Below, piece by piece: positions 55,585 through 63,932 of a DNA stretch of 64,000 nucleotides. A program made the position numbers and the translations under genes. Origin of the DNA: Solirubrobacteraceae bacterium (GTDB lineage Bacteria > Actinomycetota > Thermoleophilia > Solirubrobacterales > Solirubrobacteraceae); contig JBAQGH010000072.1 of assembly GCA_049287685.1 (NCBI GenBank), positions 2,821 to 66,820 on the forward strand, read 5' to 3'. Below the pieces are notes generated by a model. That model did no database searches, had not been told where the DNA came from, and saw nothing but the letters and a program-made list of their open reading frames with translations. The stretch's first letter is position 1. Every line of letters starts with the position of its first letter.

Positions 55585-56841
55585 CTATGCGATATCGACA
55601 GCAGCTGCATCGACGCCATCCACCCGGAATGCTTCTGCCACGAGCCGCGCATCCTCCTCGCGGGGCGCATAGTGCAGGTAGCGCATCGTGGTCTGGATAT
55701 CGGCGTGACCCATCCACTCCTGCACGCGGCGGATGTCGGCCGTGGCGATCATGCGCGTACCGAACGTGTGGCGCAGATCATGGAAGCGAAGCCGGCGCAG
55801 GCCGGCGCGCTTCAGAGCCCGCTTGTAGCGACGACGCAGCGCGGAGTCATCCAGGTAGTCACCGACGGTCCCAGCGAAGACGAGATCATCCTCGCCCGCG
55901 AAAAGCTCGCGCTGGGCCAGCTTCGCCAAGGCCTGCGCAACTTCGGGAGCAAGCGGGACCGAGCGGACCTTGCCGGATTTGGGGGTCGTGAGCGCCCCGA
56001 CGGACCAGCTTGAGCGCACGCGCACGAGCGAGCCGGCGAAATCGATGTCGCGCCAGCGCAAGGCAATCAGCTCTCCGAGGCGCAAGCCGGTGAAGGCGGC
56101 GGTCAGAAACAGTGCGGCGTCCTGCTCTGACTCAGCAGCCCTGACCAAGGCCCAGACCTCCTCGGGCGAGAAGACTTCGATGTCACCGGACAGGCGTGTG
56201 GGATAGCGCTCGACCGCCGCGACCGGGTTGGAGGGCAGCTTCCAGACCCTGCAGGCCCGCGCGAAGACGCCGTGCAGCAAGACCATGATGTGGTTCTTGG
56301 AGTTGTTGCTGAGCGGACGCGGCAGCCGCGAGACGGCCTCTGGACATGCCTCTGAGTCGCCGTGGGTGACCTGTCCCGTCTGTGGGCCATCAACCGCGGA
56401 CAGCCTGGCGCGCCACTGCTCGATGTCTTCGCTTGTTATCTGCTCCAAGGGTCGCTCACCAAAGGCGGGCAGCAGGTGGGCTTGCACGATCGAGCGGTAG
56501 CCACGCAACGTCGAGGGCTTCAGCTGGCGGTCCTGCTCGGCGTAGCGCAAGAACTCGGCGACTGCGTCGGCGAAGGTCGCACCGGTGGCGACCATCCCAA
56601 CCAAGGTCCCGCGCCGCGCCTGATGGAGCACATCATGCAACCAGTCTTCGGCAAGCCGCTTGGTGAAGTATCCGGCCGGTGGGCGCCCGCGCTCGCTCCA
56701 CGCGGGGCCGAGCTTGCGCTGTACCTGGCGACCATCGGGGAGCCGGTACTTGGCATACCAGACCGCCCCACGCTTGCGCTCGACCCGATGGACATGGCCG
56801 CTCGGCGGCTGCGTCCGAAGACGGGGCGCCTCTCGATCCAT
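55585..56841 (-). CDS. int: tyrosine-type site-specific integrase
   Basis: C-terminal catalytic region ...LRFHDLRHTFGTRMIATADIRRVQEWMGHADIQTTMRYLHY, and an N-terminal SAM-like domain. The ATG at 56841 (MDREAP) was chosen; the ORF is open to 56991. Confidence 0.9.
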   Translation of the reverse strand: MDREAPRLRTQPPSGHVHRVERKRGAVWYAKYRLPDGRQVQRKLGPAWSERGRPPAGYFTKRLAEDWLHDVLHQARRGTLVGMVATGATFADAVAEFLRYAEQDRQLKPSTLRGYRSIVQAHLLPAFGERPLEQITSEDIEQWRARLSAVDGPQTGQVTHGDSEACPEAVSRLPRPLSNNSKNHIMVLLHGVFARACRVWKLPSNPVAAVERYPTRLSGDIEVFSPEEVWALVRAAESEQDAALFLTAAFTGLRLGELIALRWRDIDFAGSLVRVRSSWSVGALTTPKSGKVRSVPLAPEVAQALAKLAQRELFAGEDDLVFAGTVGDYLDDSALRRRYKRALKRAGLRRLRFHDLRHTFGTRMIATADIRRVQEWMGHADIQTTMRYLHYAPREEDARLVAEAFRVDGVDAAAVDIA

Positions 56842-57061
56842 CGAAGCACCCGTCGAGGCGCCACCGTGCGACAGCACCCCGGCCCCGGAATGCGAACCGC
56901 CCACACGCGATCGGGAACCCACTGAGTAGGCGCTTCGAGTGGTTTGGAGCATCCTTGCCACGCCCAGAGCGTAGCAACTTCTTCGGGACATATTCGGGAC
57001 ACGGTTACTTTTCTATAGTGCCGCGTGCCGATCCAAAATAGCTTGGATAGAGGTTTTGTGA

Positions 57062-57107
57062 GATGCGCCCGGCGGGAATCGAACCCGCGGCCTGCGGTTT
57101 GAAAGAC
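57062..57107 (-). repeat. proximal att repeat (within the intact tRNA gene)
   Basis: Direct repeat of 53666-53711. Confidence 0.85.
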
Positions 57108-57158
57108 CGCTGCTCTTTGGCTCCCCGAAGAGAACCGTTGACCACTGAGCTACGGGCG
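57063..57158 (-). tRNA. 96-nt tRNA whose anticodon folds as UUC (Glu by anticodon); it has a canonical 73-nt core plus a 23-nt hairpin insertion in the D-loop, and no encoded CCA
   Basis: The manual fold of the reverse complement is as follows. Acceptor GCGCCCG/CGGGCGC with A73, U8 and A9. D-stem GCUC/GAGC. Anticodon stem GCGGU/ACCGC with loop CUUUCAA. Variable loop AGGCC. T-arm GCGGG-UUCGAUU-CCCGC. The D-loop reads AGUGGUC + AACGGUUCUCUUCGGGGAGCCAA + A. Confidence 0.7.
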
Positions 57159-57243
57159 CGCGAAGCTGACGATGGTACTACTTGCGGGGCTCTCGATACG
57201 GCCCCGGCGATGGCCCTCCATGGAGGTCGCGGACGGCCGTCCT

Positions 57244-58539
57244 CTACAGCGAGGGCTCGGGCAGTGGCTGCGCCACCACCGCGGGCTCAGGGGCCGTGGC
57301 CGCCTGTGCCGTCGGGCCGCTGTAGGGATAAGCCTCGCACAGCAACAGCATGTAACCGCTGGTTTGGGCCGCGTATCGCAGCGCGAGCGCGCCGGCATTG
57401 CGCATACCTACAGGCATGCGGCCATTAACCAGACAGGCAAACCAGCCTAGGAGGGCTACGGCCCACAGCAGGCCGCCATAGGCACCGACGAGCAGGAACG
57501 CCGGCAGCACCAGGAATAGACGGAAGAACACCTTCCAGCGATTTTGCGGGCGCGGCCCCTCGATGCGGACGTCGACCGGATAGCTGCCGGCCTGTCCGGT
57601 GAAGCCTGGAAACGGGTCGGCGATCAGAAACAGGTAGGCGTAGACGTGGTTCTGGTAGCGCACATATGCGGCCAAGAAGCGATGCAGCGCGAGCGGTGAT
57701 ACGCCGGTGACAAGCGTGGCGAACCAGTTGACGACCGCGGCGAGGTAGGCGGCGAGCGCCCACAGCGTCAGCCAGATCAGATGCGGGATCGCCAGCAGCA
57801 GGCGAAAGAAGACGGTCAGGCGTGAACGCTGGAGGCCGACATTGAGCTCCAGCTCGATCGGGTCCTCCGCTCGTACAGGCAGATCCGGAAGCGCTGTGAG
57901 CGGGTTGCTGTCTGGATAGACGTCTGTGAGCAAGAACAGGTAAGCGTCGAGCTGGGCGGAATAGGACAATCCGTATGCGATCAGGTCGCGCAGACCACGC
58001 GGCAAGCGAGACTGCGCCAGCGCCACAAACCAGCCGAGCAACGCCGCTATGCCGGCCAGGCCGTAGCTGTAGTTGAGGCCGTAGCTGCGGGCGCTACCGG
58101 AGACGAGCGCGCTGCCGATGATCAGGGCTGGAATCGCCAGCACGATGCGAAAGCCGACCTTCCAACGGTTTTGTGGTTGCGATGGGGCGATCGTTACGTC
58201 GACCGGATAGCCCGGTTTGCCGAGGAAGTCGGGGAACGGCTCGGCCGCCAGCAACAAGTAGGCGCCGACGTGGATCGCGTAGCGGATGTACGTCGCCAGG
58301 AAATCGTGCAGTGCGTCGGGGGATCTGCCGGCGATGAGCGTGGCGAACCAGTTCAGGAGGACCGCCACAGATGCGACGACTCCCCACAGCCCCAGCCAGA
58401 TCAGGTGCGGGATCGCCAGCAGCAGGCGGAAGAAAACAGTTAGGCGCGAGCGTTGCAAGTCGTCGCTGACGATTAGCTGTACGGGACGGCCATTCACAAC
58501 AGGCCCCTCTCTGTAGACGGCACACCAGCTTGCGCTCAA
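57244..58539 (-). CDS. DUF4389-family integral membrane protein with four tandem repeat units
   Basis: LQRSRLTVFFRLLLAIPHLIWL occurs twice and PQNRWKV(G/F)FR...LGWF(V/A) occurs twice, in A-B-A-B order; 431 aa. Confidence 0.7.
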   Translation of the reverse strand: MSASWCAVYREGPVVNGRPVQLIVSDDLQRSRLTVFFRLLLAIPHLIWLGLWGVVASVAVLLNWFATLIAGRSPDALHDFLATYIRYAIHVGAYLLLAAEPFPDFLGKPGYPVDVTIAPSQPQNRWKVGFRIVLAIPALIIGSALVSGSARSYGLNYSYGLAGIAALLGWFVALAQSRLPRGLRDLIAYGLSYSAQLDAYLFLLTDVYPDSNPLTALPDLPVRAEDPIELELNVGLQRSRLTVFFRLLLAIPHLIWLTLWALAAYLAAVVNWFATLVTGVSPLALHRFLAAYVRYQNHVYAYLFLIADPFPGFTGQAGSYPVDVRIEGPRPQNRWKVFFRLFLVLPAFLLVGAYGGLLWAVALLGWFACLVNGRMPVGMRNAGALALRYAAQTSGYMLLLCEAYPYSGPTAQAATAPEPAVVAQPLPEPSL

Positions 58540-58698
58540 GTCAGAGCTATTGGTACCCGCAACAGCGGACGATCAGCGACAAAACGTGCAAATACCGGTT
58601 CGCGGCCTTTGTAGATATGGGATTAAGGGTCGTGCCGGGAGACGCCCCCGGCTCATGGCATGTGCGCCGCGCAGAAGCGGCCCTGTCGGGCGCGGCTT

Positions 58699-59187
58699 TT
58701 AGTCGACCTCGCGCAGCTTGCCACTCTCTGGGTCGAACACAAACCCACGAATGTGGTCGCGGGCGGGCAGCTCCGGGCTCGAGCGCAGCCGCGCGAGGCT
58801 GTGGCGCAAGGTCGCCTCGACGTCGTCGAAGGCCCCGAGTCGCCATGTCGGCAGGACGCCGTCGGCGGCAAGCGCCTGTGCGAACTCATCCTCGGAGGCA
58901 CGGTGCAAACCGCAGCCGTCATGCATCACGACGACGATCTCCTCAGTGCCGAGCTTGCGTTGCGAGACGCTGAGCGAGCGCAGCGCGTCGTCGGTCACAA
59001 GGCCACCGGCGTTGCGGATGATGTGCGCGTCGCCACGCTCCAAACCCAGCATAGGAAAGAGATCGATGCGCGTGTCCATACAGGCCAACACAGCCACACG
59101 ACGGCGCGGCTTCGGACTCAGGCCAGGCGCGGCCAGCACTTGCGCGCGCGAACCGGCGACGGCAAGCATGTCATCGGCGTTTGTCAT
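58699..59187 (-). CDS. beta-class carbonic anhydrase
   Basis: VAVLACMDTRID...HIIRNAGG...VVVMHDGCG (Cys-Asp-Arg...His-x-x-Cys zinc ligands); 162 aa. Confidence 0.85.
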   Translation of the reverse strand: MTNADDMLAVAGSRAQVLAAPGLSPKPRRRVAVLACMDTRIDLFPMLGLERGDAHIIRNAGGLVTDDALRSLSVSQRKLGTEEIVVVMHDGCGLHRASEDEFAQALAADGVLPTWRLGAFDDVEATLRHSLARLRSSPELPARDHIRGFVFDPESGKLREVD

Positions 59188-59338
59188 CAGGTCGCGATCG
59201 TACGTGCTAACGGCGCAGATCGCGACCAGGCACGAACTTTTAATCCTCTCTCTACGCCCAATACGGGTTGGAAGCCCATGTTGCTACGAGCGCGGGAAGC
59301 GCAGGTCGCACGCCATTTCTGCGAGCTCAGAAGCCCTC

Positions 59339-60235
59339 CTACGGCGCGGGCTCAGTCTCCGGCGCGGCCTCCTCCGGCGGCGCCCCTGTGAGCGTAAGGC
59401 TCATCTTGATCGCCCTGACCGCGCCGGTGGCACCCGCTTGCAGCGTGAAGCCGAATGTCAGCAGGACAATGCCCGGAATCAAGAGCACCTTGGATCCAAG
59501 CATCAGGATGCCCAGCCGTCCGAGCAGATATGGAGGCGTGCACACGGTCGTGCCGAGCGCGGCTCCGAGCGCTGAGGCTGTCAGCTTCTCGCGCCGGGAG
59601 CGCTCCGGCTTGACGCCGATCAGCCGCGACGGCACGGCCACGTAGCAGACCATCATCAGGCCTATCACCGCGCCAAGGGCAAGGGCAAACCAAGGGCTGC
59701 CCCAGCGGGGAGCAATTGTTGTCGCGATAGCCAGCAGCGCACCGACCGCAGCCCCCCAAGCGAGGATCGGGCGCAGATTGGAGCGCGCCAGGACGTAGGC
59801 CGGTCTGATCTTGGGCGGAGGCGGGCGCGTGATCGAAAACGCGAACAGCGCGTTGAGGAAGAAACAGGCCATCGTGATCGCAACTATCGCAAGCGCGATT
59901 GGGATCAGGACCGGGCCACGCAAGGCGGGGAACGACTTGTCGCGCAGGACTCGCGCCTTGAGGTCGAACATCGCGAGCCAGATCCATACGGCGGGAAGGA
60001 TCTGCACGAGCGTCAGCCGCCAGTTGGACAACAGCAGCTTGAGCCCGTCGAGCAGCATCACAAACGCCCCCACGGTGAAAGCAAGCGGAGCGAACAGACG
60101 CCGCGATTGGCTGAGGCGGACGATGCTCTCCACGACCGCCTCGTCTTCGTCCTGGATGGCGCGTACCAGCCGCTCGATCCGGGACGAGAGGCTTGCAAGG
60201 CTTTTGCGCGGGCCGGTCATCGCTAGCGCGAGCAT
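59339..60235 (-). CDS. hypothetical integral membrane protein
   Basis: Several hydrophobic spans (e.g. LFAPLAFTVGAFVMLLDGL, ILPAVWIWLAMF). The ATG at 60235 was chosen; the ORF is open to 60379. Confidence 0.55.
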   Translation of the reverse strand: MLALAMTGPRKSLASLSSRIERLVRAIQDEDEAVVESIVRLSQSRRLFAPLAFTVGAFVMLLDGLKLLLSNWRLTLVQILPAVWIWLAMFDLKARVLRDKSFPALRGPVLIPIALAIVAITMACFFLNALFAFSITRPPPPKIRPAYVLARSNLRPILAWGAAVGALLAIATTIAPRWGSPWFALALGAVIGLMMVCYVAVPSRLIGVKPERSRREKLTASALGAALGTTVCTPPYLLGRLGILMLGSKVLLIPGIVLLTFGFTLQAGATGAVRAIKMSLTLTGAPPEEAAPETEPAP

Positions 60236-60366
60236 TCCACAGGCGCGCCACTTGTCGTGCTTGCGGGTTGCGTCGCCATGCGCGAAGCTGCCAGAAGGCT
60301 CGACCCGCACGATGAGCTTTGACCGCCCTTGGCGGCCCCCACCAACCCGGAAATCAGGAGGACAGG

Positions 60367-60750
60367 ATGAGCGACACACGCATCAGCCAAGTGGGAACCG
60401 TGATGGTCCCAGTCAGCGACCAGGACAAGGCGATCGAGTTCTATGTCGGCAAGCTCGGCTTCGAATTGCGCTCCGACACCCCTTTCGGCAGGGGCGACCG
60501 TTGGGTCGAAGTCGGGCCCACCGGCGCCGACACGACGCTCTCACTCGTTGTCCCGCGCGAAGGGGAAACGACCGGCATCGACACACGCGTGGCCTTCACA
60601 ACCGAGGACATCGACGCCGACCATGCCGGTCTGCTGGCGCAGGAAGTGGACGCCGACGCCGAGGTGATGCGCATGGGAGACCCGGTGCCACCGATGTTCT
60701 TCTTCCGCGACCAAGACGACAACCGCCTGCTGATCGTCCAGCGCGGCTGA
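60367..60750 (+). CDS. VOC/glyoxalase/bleomycin-resistance family protein
   Basis: A GGAGGA RBS precedes MSDTRISQVGTVMVPVSDQDKAIEFYVGKLGFEL. Confidence 0.8.
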   Translation: MSDTRISQVGTVMVPVSDQDKAIEFYVGKLGFELRSDTPFGRGDRWVEVGPTGADTTLSLVVPREGETTGIDTRVAFTTEDIDADHAGLLAQEVDADAEVMRMGDPVPPMFFFRDQDDNRLLIVQRG

Positions 60751-60838
60751 ACGACAGACGGTTTGCCGCCGCGACAAGCTTGCGGCTGCCGCGGCACCCG
60801 GCGATCGGTGGCCGCCAACCGGCTACCCTTAGGCTGGG

Positions 60839-61519
60839 ATGAGGGGACGTATCGCGATGATGATCACGATGTTCGTGTTCGGGGTTGCTCCGTCCACGGC
60901 CCTGGGCACGCCACAGGACATCGCCTCGACGCATGCCTACATTCGCGCCAACTACGCGCTCAATCGCGCCACGCAGGCAAAGGTCAAAGTGGCACAGGCA
61001 AGCATCGAGGCGACAATCCACAAACTCGGCCAGGAATGCCCGAAGCTGGGCGTAGGCTCACCCCAGGACGAAGAATCCCAGCACCTAAGCTACGAGGTAG
61101 TGGTGGCGCTTTGGTCGGCTTCCTACGCGACCGACGCGGGCCCGATCCGCACATTCGCTCACACCGTGCGGCACTTGCACTGGAGCAATCCGAAGCTCAC
61201 CCATATGACACAGCGCTACGCGACCGACCTGCAGGATCTCGCCAGCTTGCAGATGCCTAATGTCTGCGGCGATGTGACCGCCTGGAAGGAAACCGGTTTC
61301 AAGACGGTCCCGGCGACATCGATCCAACTCGATCGGCGCGTGGAAGCGATCGAACTCAAAGCGATCCCGCCGTCGCTGTTGGCTGCATATGAGCAGCCGG
61401 CAGACAAGGCGATCTTGGCCACCACGACGCGCATCGAAAGCCATCTACAGCAGATAGAAACCATGGAGGGCTTCAACGATTGGGACCAGGCGCTTGAAAC
61501 GGTGGGACTCAATCAGTAG
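60839..61519 (+). CDS. secreted hypothetical protein
   Basis: Signal-like MRGRIAMMITMFVFGVAPSTALG. I recognise no domain. GC is somewhat lower than in neighbouring genes. Confidence 0.5.
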   Translation: MRGRIAMMITMFVFGVAPSTALGTPQDIASTHAYIRANYALNRATQAKVKVAQASIEATIHKLGQECPKLGVGSPQDEESQHLSYEVVVALWSASYATDAGPIRTFAHTVRHLHWSNPKLTHMTQRYATDLQDLASLQMPNVCGDVTAWKETGFKTVPATSIQLDRRVEAIELKAIPPSLLAAYEQPADKAILATTTRIESHLQQIETMEGFNDWDQALETVGLNQ

Positions 61520-61548
61520 TGGCACGCTACTGCTAGCGTGGCCGCATC

Positions 61549-62148
61549 TTGAAGTCGGCTCCGCACATACAGGTGATCCTCGGCAGCACTCGCGAGGGAC
61601 GCTTCAGCGAGAAGGCTGCCGCCTGGGTCATGGATCGACTCGGCGCTCGCGAGGACCTGCGGACCGAGCTGGTCGACCTGCGCGACTACCCGATGCCGTT
61701 CTTCGAGCAGGCGGTCGCGCCGGCCTACGGTCGTCGCGATTATCCAGAGGATGTCGCGCGCTGGGCGAGCAAGGTCGAGCAGGCAGACGGCTACCTCATC
61801 ATCACATCCGAGTACAACCACGGCTACCCAGCGGTATTGAAGAACGCGCTCGACCAGATCTTCCCGGAGCTGAACAGAAAGCCGGTGAGCTTCGTCGGCT
61901 ACGGCAATACCGGCGGAGCCCGCGCGATCGAGCAGCTTCGCCTGGTAGCGGTGGAGCTCGAAATGGCTCCGCTGCGCCACGCGGTGCACATCCTGCCGTC
62001 GGTGATGATCGAGGCGCGCAACGCCGAGCAACCGCTCGACCTCGAGATCTTCGCCTCGCTCGACCAGCGCCTGGACATGGCTGCGAGCGATCTCGCGTGG
62101 TGGGCACAGGCGCTTGCGCGAGCACGGGCCGCGGATCAACCTGTCTGA
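61549..62148 (+). CDS. NADPH-dependent FMN reductase family protein
   Basis: IQVILGSTREGRFSEKAA...YLIITSEYNHGYPAVLKNALD. The TTG start is uncertain. Confidence 0.75.
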   Translation: MKSAPHIQVILGSTREGRFSEKAAAWVMDRLGAREDLRTELVDLRDYPMPFFEQAVAPAYGRRDYPEDVARWASKVEQADGYLIITSEYNHGYPAVLKNALDQIFPELNRKPVSFVGYGNTGGARAIEQLRLVAVELEMAPLRHAVHILPSVMIEARNAEQPLDLEIFASLDQRLDMAASDLAWWAQALARARAADQPV

Positions 62149-62208
62149 GGCTATCCGGGCTTGTCCAGGCCCGCATGGTTTGCTCGGATCGTGCCAGCCC
62201 TTACTAGG

Positions 62209-63072
62209 TCACGATGACTGCGGCAGCTTGACCGAACCTCGCTTGACGGTCTGGGCGGAGGGCGGTGGGACGAGTGGCCCGATGTCCCCGTCCGGCGCCT
62301 CGTCCAGATCGACGATCACGGGAGCGTGATCGCTTGGCTTGGTGCCCTTGCGCGCCTGCCGGTCAATCCAAGCTGCCCGGGCCCGCTCGGCCACCGGTGT
62401 GCTGGCAAGCACCAGGTCGATCCGCATCCCTAGGTCTTGATGGAACATGCCAGCGCGGTAGTCCCAGTAGGTGAACACGCGCTCAGCGGGCCAATGATCG
62501 CGCACAACGTCGTGCAGGCCCAGCCTTTGTAGGCGCGCCAGCGCGGCCCGCTCCGGCGGCGTGACGTGGGTCTGGCCGACATAGGCTTTGGGATCGAACA
62601 CGTCGATGTCGGCGGGCGCGATGTTCATGTCCCCGCACACAATCGCGTCCTCGGGCCCACCGCGAACCAGCTCTCCCAGGGCATCGAGCCAAGCGAGCTT
62701 GTAGTGGTAGTGCTCGGAGTCGGGCGTGCGCCCGTTCGGCACGTAGACGCAGTGCACCCGAATTCCGCCGCAAGTCGCGGACACCGCACGCGCCTCTTGG
62801 TGGGGGAAACCCGGCCCACCTGGGATCCCGGCAACCGCATCGTCCAGTCCCACGCGGGAGAGGATCGCCACCCCGTTCCACTGCGCCTCGCCGTGACGCG
62901 CAATCTCGTAGCCCCGATTTGTCAGCTCCTCGCCGAGTAGCTGATCGAACGCTTCGTCGGCGAGCTTGGTCTCCTGCAGGCAGACGACGTCCGGTCGGCG
63001 TTCGTCGAGCCACGGCAGCAGGCGCGGCACGCGTTGCTTAGCGGAGTTCACGTTCCAGGTGGCTACTCGCAT
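62209..63072 (-). CDS. xthA: exodeoxyribonuclease III
   Basis: MRVATWNVNSAKQRVPRLLPWLDERRPDVVCLQETK...SDHAPV. Confidence 0.9.
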   Translation of the reverse strand: MRVATWNVNSAKQRVPRLLPWLDERRPDVVCLQETKLADEAFDQLLGEELTNRGYEIARHGEAQWNGVAILSRVGLDDAVAGIPGGPGFPHQEARAVSATCGGIRVHCVYVPNGRTPDSEHYHYKLAWLDALGELVRGGPEDAIVCGDMNIAPADIDVFDPKAYVGQTHVTPPERAALARLQRLGLHDVVRDHWPAERVFTYWDYRAGMFHQDLGMRIDLVLASTPVAERARAAWIDRQARKGTKPSDHAPVIVDLDEAPDGDIGPLVPPPSAQTVKRGSVKLPQSS

Positions 63073-63177
63073 GGCGCGTACGGTAGCGGGCCTTGTCGGA
63101 TGCATGGCCCGTCGGATAGGAGGGATTGGTCACAGCAGGCCCGTACGGTTTCGTGTCCTCATGCTGACAGCACGCGG

Positions 63178-63618
63178 TCAGGCGTCAACCACCTGACCGT
63201 TGGCGGTCAGCGCTACCTCGATGTTGCCGCGCGTGGCGTTGGAGTAAGGGCAAACCTGATGCGCAGCACGGACCAGCTCTGCTGCCTGGGCTAGGTCGGT
63301 CACCGGGGGAAGCGTCACATTCAATCCGACGGTAAGGAAGAAGCCACCCTGTCCGTTCGGGGTGAGACTGACGCTGCTGTCGATGCCGACCTCGCCGGTG
63401 TCCACCTTGGCCCGTCGAGCGACCACACCGAGTGCCCCCTCGAAGCATGCGGCGTATCCGACCGCGAATAGCTGCTCGGGGTTGGTCCCTCCTCCCTGGC
63501 CACCCATCTCCGGCGGCAGTCGCAAGTCGACCTCCAGAGCACCGTCGCTGGTCTTGCCGTGGCCGTCGGCGCGGCCGCCGGTGACGTGGGCCTCTGCGGT
63601 GTAGATGGGATCGGGCAT
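63178..63618 (-). CDS. ohr: OsmC/Ohr-family organic hydroperoxide resistance protein
   Basis: TNPEQLFAVGYAACFEGAL and HQVCPYSNATRGNI (the two catalytic Cys); 146 aa. Confidence 0.85.
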   Translation of the reverse strand: MPDPIYTAEAHVTGGRADGHGKTSDGALEVDLRLPPEMGGQGGGTNPEQLFAVGYAACFEGALGVVARRAKVDTGEVGIDSSVSLTPNGQGGFFLTVGLNVTLPPVTDLAQAAELVRAAHQVCPYSNATRGNIEVALTANGQVVDA

Positions 63619-63674
63619 GGGAAATCTCCTCGTTCGTTGGAGCCGAGACAGGCGGCGATAGATGTCTTCGCCTG

Positions 63675-63932
63675 ATGCTAGAAGCCCAGGGCGAAGGGCT
63701 ATGTCGTAGCCAAACGATCAGGGAGAAGCGCCCAGAGGCGGAGCGAGAGGCGGAGACGGCACGCCTCGCCCCAGAGGAGCGAGAGCGTCAATGGCATCAG
63801 TTGATGGCTAACGCCAGGGAGCGCCTGTTCGATGATCATCGTGCTGCTTATGCCAGCCGGCAAGTCGAGTCATGGCAGAGAGCAAGGGATCTTCCTCAGT
63901 ACTGCAATGCGATCGAGGACTCCACGGTCTGA
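63675..63932 (+). CDS. hypothetical ORF, possibly a gene fragment
   Basis: 85-aa charged ORF in a lower-GC stretch at the window end. A different frame continues protein-like after the stop (AEWISWMRDYSTRITLVQP). Confidence 0.25.
   Translation: MLEAQGEGLCRSQTIREKRPEAEREAETARLAPEERERQWHQLMANARERLFDDHRAAYASRQVESWQRARDLPQYCNAIEDSTV

Larger units (their letters stand above)
53666..57107. mobile_element. small integrated element (about 3.44 kb) in a tRNA gene, carrying int, xis and a RelE/ParE toxin-antitoxin pair plus non-coding segments
   Basis: It is bounded by 46-bp direct repeats (53666-53711 and 57062-57107; 45/46 identical) that match the 3' part of the tRNA. A tyrosine integrase is adjacent to the intact tRNA. 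GC content is lower than in the flanks. Confidence 0.85.

Noticed and set aside
57063-57428. 121-aa plus-strand ORF overlapping the tRNA gene
   Set aside because: It begins inside the tRNA on the opposite strand and then runs antisense to the DUF4389 gene. I consider it spurious.
62150-62157. Extra copy of GGCTATCC downstream of the FMN reductase gene
   Set aside because: A single 8-mer occurrence is within chance expectation for 64 kb on two strands. Only the cluster at 5982-6124 is non-random.
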